A DNA stretch of 64,000 nucleotides from contig CAWAHW010000002.1 in the NCBI GenBank assembly GCA_963781885.1, forward strand, positions 1-64,000, given 5' to 3'. Below are positions 17,725-27,978 of the stretch, piece after piece. This DNA comes from an uncultured Spirochaetota bacterium (GTDB lineage Bacteria > Spirochaetota > Spirochaetia > SZUA-6 > Fen-1364). The first letter of the stretch is position 1. The number at the start of each line of letters is the position of its first letter. The notes under the pieces are model-generated. The model saw only the letters and a list, made by a program, of their open reading frames with translations, did not search any database and was not told where the DNA came from. The position numbers and the translations under genes are program-made.

Positions 17725-18789
17725 CTACAGCTCCTTCCAGCGGCGGCAGGCCGCGAAATGGCCCGGCCCCACCTCTTCAAGCTCGGGCTCCGGCTGCTGC
17801 CCGCACTGCTCTTGTGCGAACGGGCACCGGGGATGGAATCGGCATCCGGGGGGGATGTCCGCCGCGGAGGGGATCTCCCCCGTGATGGGAAGCTCCTTGA
17901 TGCGGTCCACGCGGCCGGGCACCGGCTCACACACCGCCTCGATGAGAGCCCGCGTGTACGGGTGGCGCGGCGTATCGATCAGGTCATCGGCGGGCGCGAT
18001 CTCCACGATGCGCCCGAGGTACATGACGGCGATCCTGTCGGTGAAGTACCGGGCCGTGGAGATGTCGTGCGTGATATAGAGGATGGAAAGCTCCATCTCC
18101 TGCTGCACGGTCCTCATCATGTGGAGGATCTCCGCGCGGGTGGAGAGATCGATCATGGAGACGGGCTCGTCGGCGACGATGATCTTCGGCGACAGGATCA
18201 GCGTCCGCGCCGTGGCGATCCTCTGGCGCTGTCCGCCGGAGAGCATGTGAGGATGCCGGTCCATGAAGTCGGAGACCGGCGTCATCTTCACTTTCTCCAT
18301 CGCCTCCGTGATGAGCCTCGTCCGTTCCGCCCGGTTCTCCCCGACGTGGTGGATGAGGAGCGGCTCTTCCAGCACGTCCCTCACCTTGAAGCGTGGATTG
18401 AGCGACGCGTAGGGGTCCTGATACACCATCTGCACCTGGCGCCGGTAGACGATCTCCTGCGGCCGCGTCAAATGTGTGACGTCCCGGCCGTCCACGAGGA
18501 TGCGCCCGTCCGTGGGGTGGATGAGCTTCATGATCATCTTGCCGGTGGTGGTCTTGCCGCAGCCGGATTCCCCCACCAGGCCGAGTATCTCCCCGCGGCG
18601 GAGCTGGAAGCTCACCCCGTCCACCGCCCTCACCACGACGTGCTCGCCCCGGGCGACCTCGCTGAGCCTCCGCCGGACGGAGAACTCCTTCTTCAAACCG
18701 CGCGTCTCCAGGATCGTCTGACCGTCCTCGAAGGTGAAGTGCATGGGGCGGTCGAAGTGGGGAGCGGCCGGTCCCTCAGGAGCGCGCAT
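17725..18789 (-). CDS. Oligopeptide/dipeptide ABC transporter ATP-binding protein (OppF-like)
   Basis: Walker A 'GESGCGKTT', 'LSGGQRQR', 'ADEP' and C-terminal 'GCRFHPRCP'. The start is uncertain (18789 or 18744). Confidence 0.9.
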   Translation of the reverse strand: MRAPEGPAAPHFDRPMHFTFEDGQTILETRGLKKEFSVRRRLSEVARGEHVVVRAVDGVSFQLRRGEILGLVGESGCGKTTTGKMIMKLIHPTDGRILVDGRDVTHLTRPQEIVYRRQVQMVYQDPYASLNPRFKVRDVLEEPLLIHHVGENRAERTRLITEAMEKVKMTPVSDFMDRHPHMLSGGQRQRIATARTLILSPKIIVADEPVSMIDLSTRAEILHMMRTVQQEMELSILYITHDISTARYFTDRIAVMYLGRIVEIAPADDLIDTPRHPYTRALIEAVCEPVPGRVDRIKELPITGEIPSAADIPPGCRFHPRCPFAQEQCGQQPEPELEEVGPGHFAACRRWKEL

Positions 18790-19777
18790 ACGCGGGGTCC
18801 TCCATCGCCTTCCAGCAAGCCACCTGGTGCCGGTCCTCCACAAGGGTGATCGGCGGCTCCACCTGCCGGCATTTTTCTTTTGCAAAAGGGCAGCGGGGGG
18901 AAAAGCGGCAACCGGTGGGAGGGTCGAGCAGGTCCGGGGGCGCCCCGGGGATGAAGGCGAGCTCGGACACCTTGCGCCGCAGCCGCGGCGTGGCATTGAG
19001 GAGCTTCTGCGTGTAGGGATGCAGGGGACCCTTCTCCCCGAAAACTTGCGGGTTCGTGCCGATCTCCGCCACCTTGCCCGCGTACATCACCATGATCCGG
19101 TCGGCGACCTCGGCCTCCGTGGCAAGATCATGCGTGATGAAGATGTAGGAGAGATTGAGGTCCCGTTTCAGCCTCTTCACGAGGTTGAGGATCTGGGCCT
19201 GCACGATCACGTCGAGGGCCGTCGTGGGCTCGTCCATGATCACCACCTTGGGCTCGAGAAAAAGGGCGATGGCGATGACGACCCGCTGCTTCATGCCGCC
19301 GGAAAGCTCGTGGGGGTAGCGGCCCAGCACGTGCTCGGGCAGACCGACCAGACCGACGTAGTGGCGGAGGAGGCTCTCCGCTTCAGACTTCTCAAGCCTG
19401 CTCGTGACCGTATGGGCCTTGAAGGTTTCCATCATCAGCGCGCGCACGGTGTAGACGGGGGTGAGGCAGTTCATGGCGCCCTGGAACACCATGGAGATGC
19501 GCGACCACCGCACCTTGGTGCGAAGCTCCCGGTCGCGCATGCCGACGATTTCCGCGCCGTCCAGCACGATGGAGCCGCCCACGATGCGGCCCGGCGGGGA
19601 GGGCATGTTGAGGAGCGCGACGCCCGTCGTGGTCTTGCCGCAGCCGGATTCGCCCACGAGGCCGAGCGTCTCTCCGGCGGCGAGGTCGAAGCTGACCCCG
19701 TCCAGGGCGCGCACGGCGCCCTTGGAGGTGAAGTAGTGCAGCGTGAGGTCTTTCACGGAAAGGATGGTGTCGGGCAT
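18776..19777 (-). CDS. Oligopeptide/dipeptide ABC transporter ATP-binding protein (OppD-like)
   Basis: 'GESGCGKTT', '[12 protein letters not shown]', '[10 protein letters not shown]' and 'GCRFSPRCP'. Confidence 0.92.
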   Translation of the reverse strand: MPDTILSVKDLTLHYFTSKGAVRALDGVSFDLAAGETLGLVGESGCGKTTTGVALLNMPSPPGRIVGGSIVLDGAEIVGMRDRELRTKVRWSRISMVFQGAMNCLTPVYTVRALMMETFKAHTVTSRLEKSEAESLLRHYVGLVGLPEHVLGRYPHELSGGMKQRVVIAIALFLEPKVVIMDEPTTALDVIVQAQILNLVKRLKRDLNLSYIFITHDLATEAEVADRIMVMYAGKVAEIGTNPQVFGEKGPLHPYTQKLLNATPRLRRKVSELAFIPGAPPDLLDPPTGCRFSPRCPFAKEKCRQVEPPITLVEDRHQVACWKAMEDPAYARS

Positions 19778-19782
19778 CGTCG

Positions 19783-21196
19783 TCACCTTGTCTTCAGCTT
19801 GGGATGGAGGATCTTGTCCAGGGCCGTTCCCAGGAACGCGAACGACATGCCCATGAGGGCGATCATGAGCCCCGGCGGCACGACCCACCACCACAGCCGG
19901 TTGATGACGGCGCCCTGGCCCAGGGCGTCGTGGAGGAGCTGGCCCCACGTGACGATGGTGGCGTCCCCGAGCCCCAGGAGGCTCACGCTCGCCTCGTAGA
20001 CGATGACGGCCGGGATGCTGAGCGCCATCACGGCGAAGCTGTAGGGAAGAAGGATGGGCACGATGTGGTGGAAGATGATCCAGAGACGACTTCCCCCCAG
20101 CGCGCGCGAAGCCTCCACGTAGGTTTCCTCGCGGATCTGGAGGGCCATGCTGTAGACCGGCTTGTAAGGGCCCGTCCAGAAGAACAGGCAGATGATGACG
20201 ATGAGCGTCCAGATGGTGGGCTTGAATATCGCCGAGATGACGATGAGGAAGGGAAGCACCGGCAGCAGGTAGACGAACTCGTAGAGCCGGTTCAGGAGCC
20301 AGTCGAGCGCCCCGCCGAAATACGCGGCTGCCACGCCGAGCACCACCCCCACGAGCACGGTGATGATGGAGGTGAGGATGCCGATGATGAGGGCCCAGCG
20401 GATGCCGACGATGATGCCGGTGAAGACATCGCGCTTGGAGAGGTCCGTGCCCATCACGCCCGAGACCCTGCCCGAGACGACGACGGCGGGCGGCAGGACG
20501 ACTGCGCCATTCAGCAGCATGGCCTTGATGGTGAGCGTGTAGGTCCCCTTCAAGGGCGTGGGGGCGTTCAGGAGCGAGCCGTCCAGCCGGGAAAACAGGA
20601 TGCTCGGCGGTTTTATCAGGTCCGCGCTCATCGACGAGGCGAGCTCCTCGTTATTGCTGCGGACGAACTCGATCGCGGCCTGGGCCGCGTCATTGGAGAC
20701 GGAGATGCGCTGCGGGTTGCCCTCCGAGACCTCGACCTGTCCGCTGTACAGATCCGCGACAAGGCCGTCGGGACGCTCGAGGGAGATGGCGACGGGAACC
20801 TCCCCCGTGCCGAAAAGACGGAGGACGATGTCGCGGGGCGGAAGATCGTAGCGCGTAGCCGTAGCGGAAGCTGAATGTCCGGACATTCACCCCGCCCTCA
20901 GCCTGCGTATCCTCGGTCTTCGACGGGGAGAGGAGCGCGGTCACCGCCGACTTCTGCCGCACCCAGGGGAGCGCATTCACCCACGCGGGCGGGGCGCCCA
21001 GCGAATTGTCCTGCCAGAAGGTGATGTCGCGCCAATGCCCGATGGCCCCGGGAAAGGGCACGATGGAGGGACCGATCAGGGCGAGCACGACGAACACGAC
21101 GAGGATGGCGAGCCCCACGAGACCCGACTTCACCCGTGAGAACTCCCTCCAGAAATCGCCCAAGGCCTCCAGAAAGTCCCCGGTCCTTGCTTTCAT
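19783..21196 (-). CDS. ABC transporter permease (OppC-like, large extracytoplasmic insert), +1 frameshift near 20852
   Basis: The N-part 'MKARTGDFLEALGDFWREF..KSGLVGLAIL' is in one frame. The C-part 'YDLPPRDI..MGTDLSKRDVF..YVEASRALGG..WWWVVPPG' is in the next frame. Confidence 0.85.
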
Positions 21197-22233
21197 ACCC
21201 TGCCCCCCACCTTGATGCGGGGATCGAGAAGCCCGTAGATGATGTCGAGCAGGATGAAGCCGACCATGTTGAACAGCGTCTCGATGGCGAGCGTCGCCGT
21301 GAGAATGGGCACGTCGTTCTGCTGCACCGCCACGAAATAGAGGTTGCCGATTCCGGGCCAGCCGAATATGCCTTCCACGATGATGTTTCCCGCGATGGAC
21401 GAGAAAAGCCCGAGCACGGCAAGGGTCATGATGGCGGGCATCGCCGTCCGCAGGGTATGACCGAAGAGCACGCGCCGCTCCGCCACGCCCCGCGCGCGCG
21501 CCGCCATCACGTAGTCCTCCTGCAGGTTGGAAAGAACGATGTTGCGCGTGAGATACGCCGTGCCCCAGAGGCTCAGGAGAACGAGCGTGATGAGCGGCAG
21601 GGAAAGGTGCCACAGGAAGTCCCACACACCCGGCCAGCCGTGGGGCGCGGGGTTGATGTGCAGCCCGCCGGAAGGGAAGAGGGGGACGCCGTAGGAAAAT
21701 GCCATGATCATGATGAGCCCCAGCCACCAGCTGGGAAGCCCGTTGGAGATCATCGTGACGCCGGAGGAGAAACGGTCAAGGAGGCCGTTCGGACGCTGCG
21801 CCATGTAGAGGCCCAGTGCGACGCCGAGGAGCGTCGTGAGGACCACCTCCGTGGTGAACAGCACGATGGTCCGCGGCAGCGCTTCGAGGATGATGCTCGT
21901 GACAAGACGGTCGCCATTGGATGCCTTCATCGTCGTGGCGTTGCCGTAGTCGAACTGGAGCGTGCGCACCGCGTTCCAGAATATGCGACTGGGCAGCGGC
22001 TCGTTGAGGTGATACTGGTTGAGCTTCTCTTGACGCCGCGCGGCGATGAACGCGCGGAGCTGGTCCTCCGTGACGTTCCGCTGGAGCCTCACCGCCTGGC
22101 TCAGCTGCTCCTCGATCTGCGAGCGCAGCGTCTTGTCGGCGACATTGTCGAACAGCGCCGAGTAGACGAAGACCATGACGACGTACATGAGGATGCCGTA
22201 GAGGACGCGTTTCAGGACGTAGGTGCGGAACAT
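21193..22233 (-). CDS. ABC transporter permease (OppB-like)
   Basis: 'ALPRTIVL', 'LPSWWLG', 'EDYVMAARARG' and 'EGIFGWPGIG..DPRI'. Confidence 0.92.
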   Translation of the reverse strand: MFRTYVLKRVLYGILMYVVMVFVYSALFDNVADKTLRSQIEEQLSQAVRLQRNVTEDQLRAFIAARRQEKLNQYHLNEPLPSRIFWNAVRTLQFDYGNATTMKASNGDRLVTSIILEALPRTIVLFTTEVVLTTLLGVALGLYMAQRPNGLLDRFSSGVTMISNGLPSWWLGLIMIMAFSYGVPLFPSGGLHINPAPHGWPGVWDFLWHLSLPLITLVLLSLWGTAYLTRNIVLSNLQEDYVMAARARGVAERRVLFGHTLRTAMPAIMTLAVLGLFSSIAGNIIVEGIFGWPGIGNLYFVAVQQNDVPILTATLAIETLFNMVGFILLDIIYGLLDPRIKVGGRV

Positions 22234-22253
22234 GCGGGTATCCTGTGCCGGTT

Positions 22254-22294
22254 GAAAGAGGCGCCCTCCCGCCGCGGTAGGGGGGAAGGGCGCC
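22254..22294 (-). terminator. Stem-loop between the SBP gene and the permease (terminator or mRNA stabiliser)
   Basis: On the minus strand GGCGCCCTTCCC...GGGAGGGCGCC is followed by TCTTT. Confidence 0.5.
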
Positions 22295-22311
22295 GGTCAC
22301 AACGGAGAAGT

Positions 22312-24885
22312 CTAGAAGATGATGACGTTCGACGTGTCAACCGTGGGGGATTCGTCGCCGAACGAGGCCTCGACGACGAGCGTGTAGCTCCCCGCCTTGA
22401 GGGCATCGAGATCCTTCGCGGGGATCACGGCCTGGAAGCTGCCCGGCTTCACGAGCGTTCCCGCGTACGACGTCTCCTTGTCGCCGATCAGGGTCACCTT
22501 GATCTTCGCCGCGGCCGCGTACTTGGCCGTATTCATCGGGTAGGCGACGTCGCTCACCGTGAGCGCGACGTTCATGGCGCTGCCCCTCTTGTAGGCAGGG
22601 ACCTTGATCGCGTCGATGCGCGCGAAACGGGTCGCCAGGCGGGTCGTCCAGTAGCCCTTTGCGTACGGGTAGCTGGGGTCGCGGTTGGCGACCATGACGC
22701 CGTCCTTGTTCGCCGCGTCATACGAATCCAGGACGAACGCGCCGTTGGAGATGTAGGCGTGGCCGTGCTTGTCGATGAACGCGATGGCGAGCTTGTAGTC
22801 CGCGACGGCCTGCGCCGGCGTCACGAAGCCCTTGAGGGCCGTCGGCACGCGCTCGGTGTTGATGAAGTCCTGGAGCTTCGCCCGAATGTCCGCGACGCAC
22901 TTCTGGCTGAGGAGGTCCACCTCGGTGAAGTCGCCGTTGCCGTTGTAGACGTAGCTCGTGTTGGAGGCATTGCCCTCCGAGACGATGGCCTTCACCGCTT
23001 CGAGGATTTCCCACGGAACGATCGAGCCGTAGTTGTTCGCCTGCACCATGAGCGACGGCGAGAGAAGGGAGGCGAGCTGCGGCTGGTCCATCGGGTAGTT
23101 CGCGTCGCCGTAGACGGTGATCGTGCTGTTCGGGTTGAACACGAAGCCTTTCCAGATGATGAGGCCGGGATTCTTCGCGTTCGCATATGCCTCCTCATAC
23201 ACCTTGTCGTCCGCGCCCTTCTTGAGCGCGAGGTCATACTGCACGGAAAGCGCATAGCGATAGTCGTTGATGTCGACCGGGCGGCCGTCGTGCCACGTGC
23301 CGAACTTGAAGGAGAACGTGGCCTGGCTGTACGCGGTGATGTTCGACTGCTGCTGGTAGCCGTACGTGGAGCCGTCGCCCTTCAGGTCGGCATAGATGAA
23401 GCCCGACTCCCACTTCTGGTCCGCCGCGTTCCAGAGGATGGCATTCGCGGGCACGGGAATCTTGCCGGTGATCTTGCCTTTCGCGTCGACGTCGATCGAG
23501 CTCTTCATCCCGGTGAAGTCGGAGCGAAGATTCATCATGATGCCCGTGACGGGGTTGGCTTCCCACTCCTGGTCGGAAAGGCCCTTGGAGACCCCGCTGG
23601 AATAGGAGTCCGACATACCGTCGGGCCCGATGGGGTCCCAGGGCGAGATGAAATACGTGGACTGGGAGGAGAAGTCCGTCATCTTCAGGACCTTCAGGCC
23701 CTTGTCCGCGCCCGAGGTCTCGGGCCTCACGTCCGCGGTGTACAGCGACCACTTGTCGATGCCGTCGCCGATGCCCCAGGCCATGCGCGTGCCGTTGTAG
23801 CGGTCCTTGTTGCCGGCCTGGTAGGTGACCTGCGCGGCAACGAAGACACGGACGGCTTCCTTCAGACCGATCTCCACCGTGCGGGTGAGGTTCGCGTAAT
23901 ACTGCGCCGAATCCTTCACGCGCCCGTTGTAGGCGTCCCCGGAGAGCTTGTCCGCCTCGTCGTTCTGGTAGTTCCAGAAGCCGGCATTTCCGCTGCCCGG
24001 CATGTTCGAGAGCCACGGCGCGTACATCTGGGAAATGGGGCTTTCCCAGAAGGCGTTGGTCTGACCGCCCGTCCATGCCTCGGTGTAGAGGTTCCAGGCA
24101 TAGTCCTTGGGGTCCTTGCCCTGCCACGTGGCGAACGCCTTTGTGCGGTCGTACTCCAGGCGGTTGACCTTGATGCCGGCCTTTTCGATCTGGTCCGCGA
24201 CGTAGCGGCCCTCGGGGAGGCGGAGGGTGGGGTCGTCCACCCGGATGACGAAGTTCACCGCGACCGGGTCGCCGTTGTAGGTCCACCATTTCCCGTCGAA
24301 TGCGAGCTTGCCCTTGTTTTCGGGCAGAGCCGCGGCTGCCGTCATGGCCGTCTTGATGTCGTCGAGGGCCCTCTTCTCATCGCCCGTCGGGGTGAAACCG
24401 AACTTGCTCGCGACCAGGTCGTAACGCGATGCGTTGGGCTGACCCGCGATCACCGGCGTGTACATGGGAACCCCTGAGCCATTCATGATCTCGTCCACGA
24501 TCTTCTTGCGGTTGACGAGGAAGTTCAACGCGTAGCGAACCGCCTGGATGGAGAATGGATTGAAATAGGTCTTCCCGTCGTTTGCCGTGAAGGAGTACGG
24601 GGCGGCATTCGGGATGGGGTTGATGTAAAGAGAAATGTACGCCGCGCCCGAGGTGGCATAGACGTCGAGCTTGGACGTGACGTCCGGGGGAAGCGCTTTC
24701 CAGGCGGCGCCGTCGGTGGTATAGCGCCAAAGGTCGGCGCGGCCTTCAGCGACGTCCTTGAGGCCGACGTCGATCTGGCTGCGCGCGTTGAATATGATCT
24801 TGTCGACAATAGGCCCCTTCGCTTGCGCGGCGACAAATGACGTCGCGACGGCGGCAAAAAGGAGTATGATCGCCAGTTTTTTCAT
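22312..24885 (-). CDS. Large family-5 ABC substrate-binding protein (~857 aa) with C-terminal Ig-like extension
   Basis: Signal peptide 'MKKLAIILLFAAVA', 'FNPFSIQAVRYALNFLVNR' and 'GTWHDGRPVDINDYRYA'. RBS AGGGAGG. Confidence 0.85.
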   Translation of the reverse strand: MKKLAIILLFAAVATSFVAAQAKGPIVDKIIFNARSQIDVGLKDVAEGRADLWRYTTDGAAWKALPPDVTSKLDVYATSGAAYISLYINPIPNAAPYSFTANDGKTYFNPFSIQAVRYALNFLVNRKKIVDEIMNGSGVPMYTPVIAGQPNASRYDLVASKFGFTPTGDEKRALDDIKTAMTAAAALPENKGKLAFDGKWWTYNGDPVAVNFVIRVDDPTLRLPEGRYVADQIEKAGIKVNRLEYDRTKAFATWQGKDPKDYAWNLYTEAWTGGQTNAFWESPISQMYAPWLSNMPGSGNAGFWNYQNDEADKLSGDAYNGRVKDSAQYYANLTRTVEIGLKEAVRVFVAAQVTYQAGNKDRYNGTRMAWGIGDGIDKWSLYTADVRPETSGADKGLKVLKMTDFSSQSTYFISPWDPIGPDGMSDSYSSGVSKGLSDQEWEANPVTGIMMNLRSDFTGMKSSIDVDAKGKITGKIPVPANAILWNAADQKWESGFIYADLKGDGSTYGYQQQSNITAYSQATFSFKFGTWHDGRPVDINDYRYALSVQYDLALKKGADDKVYEEAYANAKNPGLIIWKGFVFNPNSTITVYGDANYPMDQPQLASLLSPSLMVQANNYGSIVPWEILEAVKAIVSEGNASNTSYVYNGNGDFTEVDLLSQKCVADIRAKLQDFINTERVPTALKGFVTPAQAVADYKLAIAFIDKHGHAYISNGAFVLDSYDAANKDGVMVANRDPSYPYAKGYWTTRLATRFARIDAIKVPAYKRGSAMNVALTVSDVAYPMNTAKYAAAAKIKVTLIGDKETSYAGTLVKPGSFQAVIPAKDLDALKAGSYTLVVEASFGDESPTVDTSNVIIF

Positions 24886-24918
24886 TTTTTCCTCCCTTTC
24901 CAGTAGAAAATTTCGGCA

Positions 24919-24947
24919 AGGATAGCATGGAACATTGGGCTTTGCAA
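24919..24947 (-). promoter_or_regulatory. Sigma70-type promoter for the leftward Opp operon
   Basis: TTGCAA-N17-TATCCT with an extended TG on the minus strand. Confidence 0.55.
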
Positions 24948-25002
24948 GCAAATGGGACGATTCCGCGGCCCCGGGGGGTTGCCGGGACGGCTTTTTTTCC
25001 CT

Positions 25003-25030
25003 TTGCAGAGACCCTGGCGTGTGCTAATCT
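25003..25030 (+). promoter_or_regulatory. Sigma70-type promoter for the rightward SBP
   Basis: TTGCAG-N16-TAATCT with a TGn extension. RBS AAGGAGG precedes the ATG at 25068. Confidence 0.45.
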
Positions 25031-25067
25031 GTCATAAATTCATACCTGCTCTACTGAAGGAGGTTCT

Positions 25068-26816
25068 ATGAAACGACTCGTGGTTCTCCTTTTCGTCCTG
25101 ACGGTCGTCGCGGGCACCGTGTTTGCCGCGGGCGCCATCAAGAATCCGGACACGCTGATCTATGCGAACATAAGCGATGAGGTGAGCCTGGACCCGGCGG
25201 TCGCCTATGACAACGCGTCATGGAGCGTCCTCGCCGTCCTCTATGACAGGCTCGTTGATTTCAAAGGCACAGATTTGGGCTCATTTGTTCCCAAGCTGGC
25301 CACCGCCGTGCCGACGGTTGCCAATGGCGGCATCTCCAAGGACGGGAAGACCTACACGTTCACGATTCGCCAGGGCGTGAAGTTCCAGAATGGATACCCC
25401 CTGACAGCGGAAGACGTCGCTTACTCGTTCAAGAGGGACATGGTGACGGACCCTGACGCTGGTCCCGACTGGGTCTGGTACCAGCTTTTCCTCGGCGGCA
25501 GCGGATCCCGCGGTGACGATGGCAAGATCAACGTCGCGTTCAAGGACATCGACGCCGCGATCCAGGTCAAGGGAAACACGGTCATCTTCAAGCTGGCCAG
25601 TCCTTACCCCGCCTTCCTGTCGGTGCTCGCCGGCAAGTGGGGCTCCATCGTGAGCAAGAAGTGGGTGGCGGAGAACGGCGGCTGGGACGGCACGGAGGCC
25701 ACCTGGCAGCAGTTCAACAACCCCCCCACGGGCAAGGAGTCACTGTTCGACGTCGCCAACGGCACCGGCCCCTACAAGCTGGTCCGCTGGGACAAGAAGG
25801 TGGAGCTCGACGTGACCCGCAACGACGCCTACTGGGGCCCGAAGCCCGCGTTGAAGAACGGCGTCATCAAGATCGTCGACGACATGGCAACCCGCAAGCT
25901 CATGCTCCTCCAGGGCGACGCGGACGTCATCTACGTTCCCGCCACGAACTTCCCCGAGATGGCCACGGAAAAGGGCATCAAGATCTACAAGGACCTGCCC
26001 GCAATCGACACGGCAGGCGCGCACTTCAACCTGAATATCAACAACAAGGACAATCCTTCCATCTTCTCCGGCCAGCTGGACGGGAATGGCATTCCTCCCG
26101 ATTTCTTCGCCGACAAAAACGTCAGGCTCGGGTTCATCTATGCCTGGGATGAGAAGACGGAAATCAAGGACGGGTACAACGGAAACGCCATGGACCCCGT
26201 CACCTTCATCCCCAAGGGCCTGCCCTACAAGAACGCGAAGCTGGAAAGCAAACCGCACGACATGGACAAGGCCAAGGCGGCATTCCAGGCGGCATTCGGC
26301 GGCCAGGTGTGGGACAAGGGCTTCAAGATGGAGCTGCTGTTCAACTCCGGCAACACGGAGAGGGAGACCGCGGCGCACATCCTCGCCGACAATGTCATGT
26401 CGCTGAACCCCAAGTTCCAGGTCACCGTGCGCGGCGTCGAATGGGCGGAGTTCACTGACGCGAACAAGAACAAGAGGGTGCCCGTGCTCTTCATGGGATG
26501 GGGACCCGACTATCCGGACCCCGATGACTACGCCGTTCCCTACATGTCCTCGAGCGGCTACTTCGCGGGGCGCCAGAGCTACAAGAACGCCACCGCCGAC
26601 GACCTGGTGGCCAAGGCTGGCGTCGAGCTGGACCTGACAAAGCGCGCGGCATACTACAGCCAGCTGCAGGATATCTGGCTTGATGACGCCATCGCGATCC
26701 TGTTCGCGCAGCCCCTGCGCCAGCGCTTCTTCAAGGACTGGGTGAAGGGCTACTACTACACCCCGATGGAAAGCCAGGAGTTCGATCTCCTGCCCGTGCT
26801 GAGCAAGGGCTACTAG
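25068..26816 (+). CDS. Family-5 (OppA/DppA) ABC substrate-binding protein
   Basis: Signal peptide, 'SLDPAVAYD', 'ISKDGKTYTFTIRQGVKFQNGYPLTAEDVAYSF', 'NGTGPYKL' and 'GWGPDYPDPD'. Confidence 0.93.
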   Translation: MKRLVVLLFVLTVVAGTVFAAGAIKNPDTLIYANISDEVSLDPAVAYDNASWSVLAVLYDRLVDFKGTDLGSFVPKLATAVPTVANGGISKDGKTYTFTIRQGVKFQNGYPLTAEDVAYSFKRDMVTDPDAGPDWVWYQLFLGGSGSRGDDGKINVAFKDIDAAIQVKGNTVIFKLASPYPAFLSVLAGKWGSIVSKKWVAENGGWDGTEATWQQFNNPPTGKESLFDVANGTGPYKLVRWDKKVELDVTRNDAYWGPKPALKNGVIKIVDDMATRKLMLLQGDADVIYVPATNFPEMATEKGIKIYKDLPAIDTAGAHFNLNINNKDNPSIFSGQLDGNGIPPDFFADKNVRLGFIYAWDEKTEIKDGYNGNAMDPVTFIPKGLPYKNAKLESKPHDMDKAKAAFQAAFGGQVWDKGFKMELLFNSGNTERETAAHILADNVMSLNPKFQVTVRGVEWAEFTDANKNKRVPVLFMGWGPDYPDPDDYAVPYMSSSGYFAGRQSYKNATADDLVAKAGVELDLTKRAAYYSQLQDIWLDDAIAILFAQPLRQRFFKDWVKGYYYTPMESQEFDLLPVLSKGY

Positions 26817-26833
26817 CCTCTCTGCGTGATTCG

Positions 26834-26868
26834 GCGCGGGGTCCCGTCACCGGGGTCCCGCGCTTTTT
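26834..26868 (+). terminator. Rho-independent terminator after the SBP gene
   Basis: GCGCGGGGTCCCG...CGGGGTCCCGCGC hairpin followed by TTTTT. Confidence 0.7.
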
Positions 26869-26869
26869 G

Positions 26870-26898
26870 TTGACATCCGCCTGAGTATCCCCTATCGT
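26870..26898 (+). promoter_or_regulatory. Internal sigma70 promoter for the permease/ATPase genes
   Basis: TTGACA-N17-TATCGT. AAGGAG precedes the GTG at 26931. Confidence 0.6.
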
Positions 26899-26930
26899 AA
26901 CAGGGCCCTCTCACCTCCAAGGAGTCCGAC

Positions 26931-27965
26931 GTGAGCCTTCTCGCCTACATCATCCGACGCCTTCTCCTCATGGTGCTCGTGCTCGTCGGGGTGTCCCTGC
27001 TCGTTTTCACCGTCATGATGCTCCTGCCCCCCGGGCAGCGCGTGGCCATTTACGTCACCAGTGACCGCGTCTCTCCGGCCCAGATGGACGCCATGATCGC
27101 GAAGTACGGGTTGAACGACCCCGCGCCCGTGCAGTACTTCCGGTGGCTCACAAGCCTCCTGCACGGCCAGTTCGGGTATTCCGTCACCGCAAGCTCGCCG
27201 GTGCTGGATGGCTTTGTGAGGTTTTTCCCCGTCACCCTGGGGCTCGTGCTTTTCTCCGCCCCTCTCATCATCCTCGTGGGCATCTTCCTCGGCACGCTGG
27301 GGGCGGTGCGCAAAGACACCCCCGCGGACCACTTCACCCGTGTCTTTGCCATCGTGGGGTACTCCCTCCCGACGTTCTGGCTGGGTCTCCTCCTCATGAT
27401 GATCTTCTATGGTTTCGCGGGCATCTTCCCGCCCGGCACCGTCTCCAATGACGTGCGGAACATCATCTACGGCGACGGCTACCATCAGTACACCCACCTT
27501 CTCGTCCTGGACGGCCTCCTCAACTGGCGCTGGCAGGTGGTCGGGGACGCCCTCTACCGCATGGTTCTTCCCACCCTGAACCTTGTCATCATCAACTCGG
27601 CGCTCATCATGCGCCTCATGCGCTCCAGCATGCTGGAGTCGCTCGGCCAGGACTACATGATGACCGCCCGGGCCAAGGGAGCGGACCGCAAGACCCTGTT
27701 CCGCCGGCATGCCCGGCGCAATGCAATGCTGCCCGTGATCACCGTATCCGGCCTCACCTTCGCGGGGCTCATGGGCGGCATGGTCATCACGGAAACCATA
27801 TTCGATCGCAAGGGCATCGGCTGGTGGATGGCCCAGGCTGCGCTCCAGCTCGACGTCGCGGCCATCATGTTCAACGTGCTTTTCCTTGGCACCATCTATG
27901 TCGTCATCAACCTCATCGTGGACCTGATCTACGCGTACGTGGATCCACGCGTGCGGCTTTCCTGA
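26931..27965 (+). CDS. ABC transporter permease (OppB/DppB)
   Basis: 'YIIRRLL', 'SLPTFWLG', 'QDYMMTARAKG' and 'YAYVDPRVR'. Confidence 0.93.
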   Translation: MSLLAYIIRRLLLMVLVLVGVSLLVFTVMMLLPPGQRVAIYVTSDRVSPAQMDAMIAKYGLNDPAPVQYFRWLTSLLHGQFGYSVTASSPVLDGFVRFFPVTLGLVLFSAPLIILVGIFLGTLGAVRKDTPADHFTRVFAIVGYSLPTFWLGLLLMMIFYGFAGIFPPGTVSNDVRNIIYGDGYHQYTHLLVLDGLLNWRWQVVGDALYRMVLPTLNLVIINSALIMRLMRSSMLESLGQDYMMTARAKGADRKTLFRRHARRNAMLPVITVSGLTFAGLMGGMVITETIFDRKGIGWWMAQAALQLDVAAIMFNVLFLGTIYVVINLIVDLIYAYVDPRVRLS

Positions 27966-27978
27966 AAGGCTCACCTTC

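Noticed and set aside
21136-24477. 1113-aa plus-strand ORF
   Set aside because: Antisense shadow of the SBP and permease genes.
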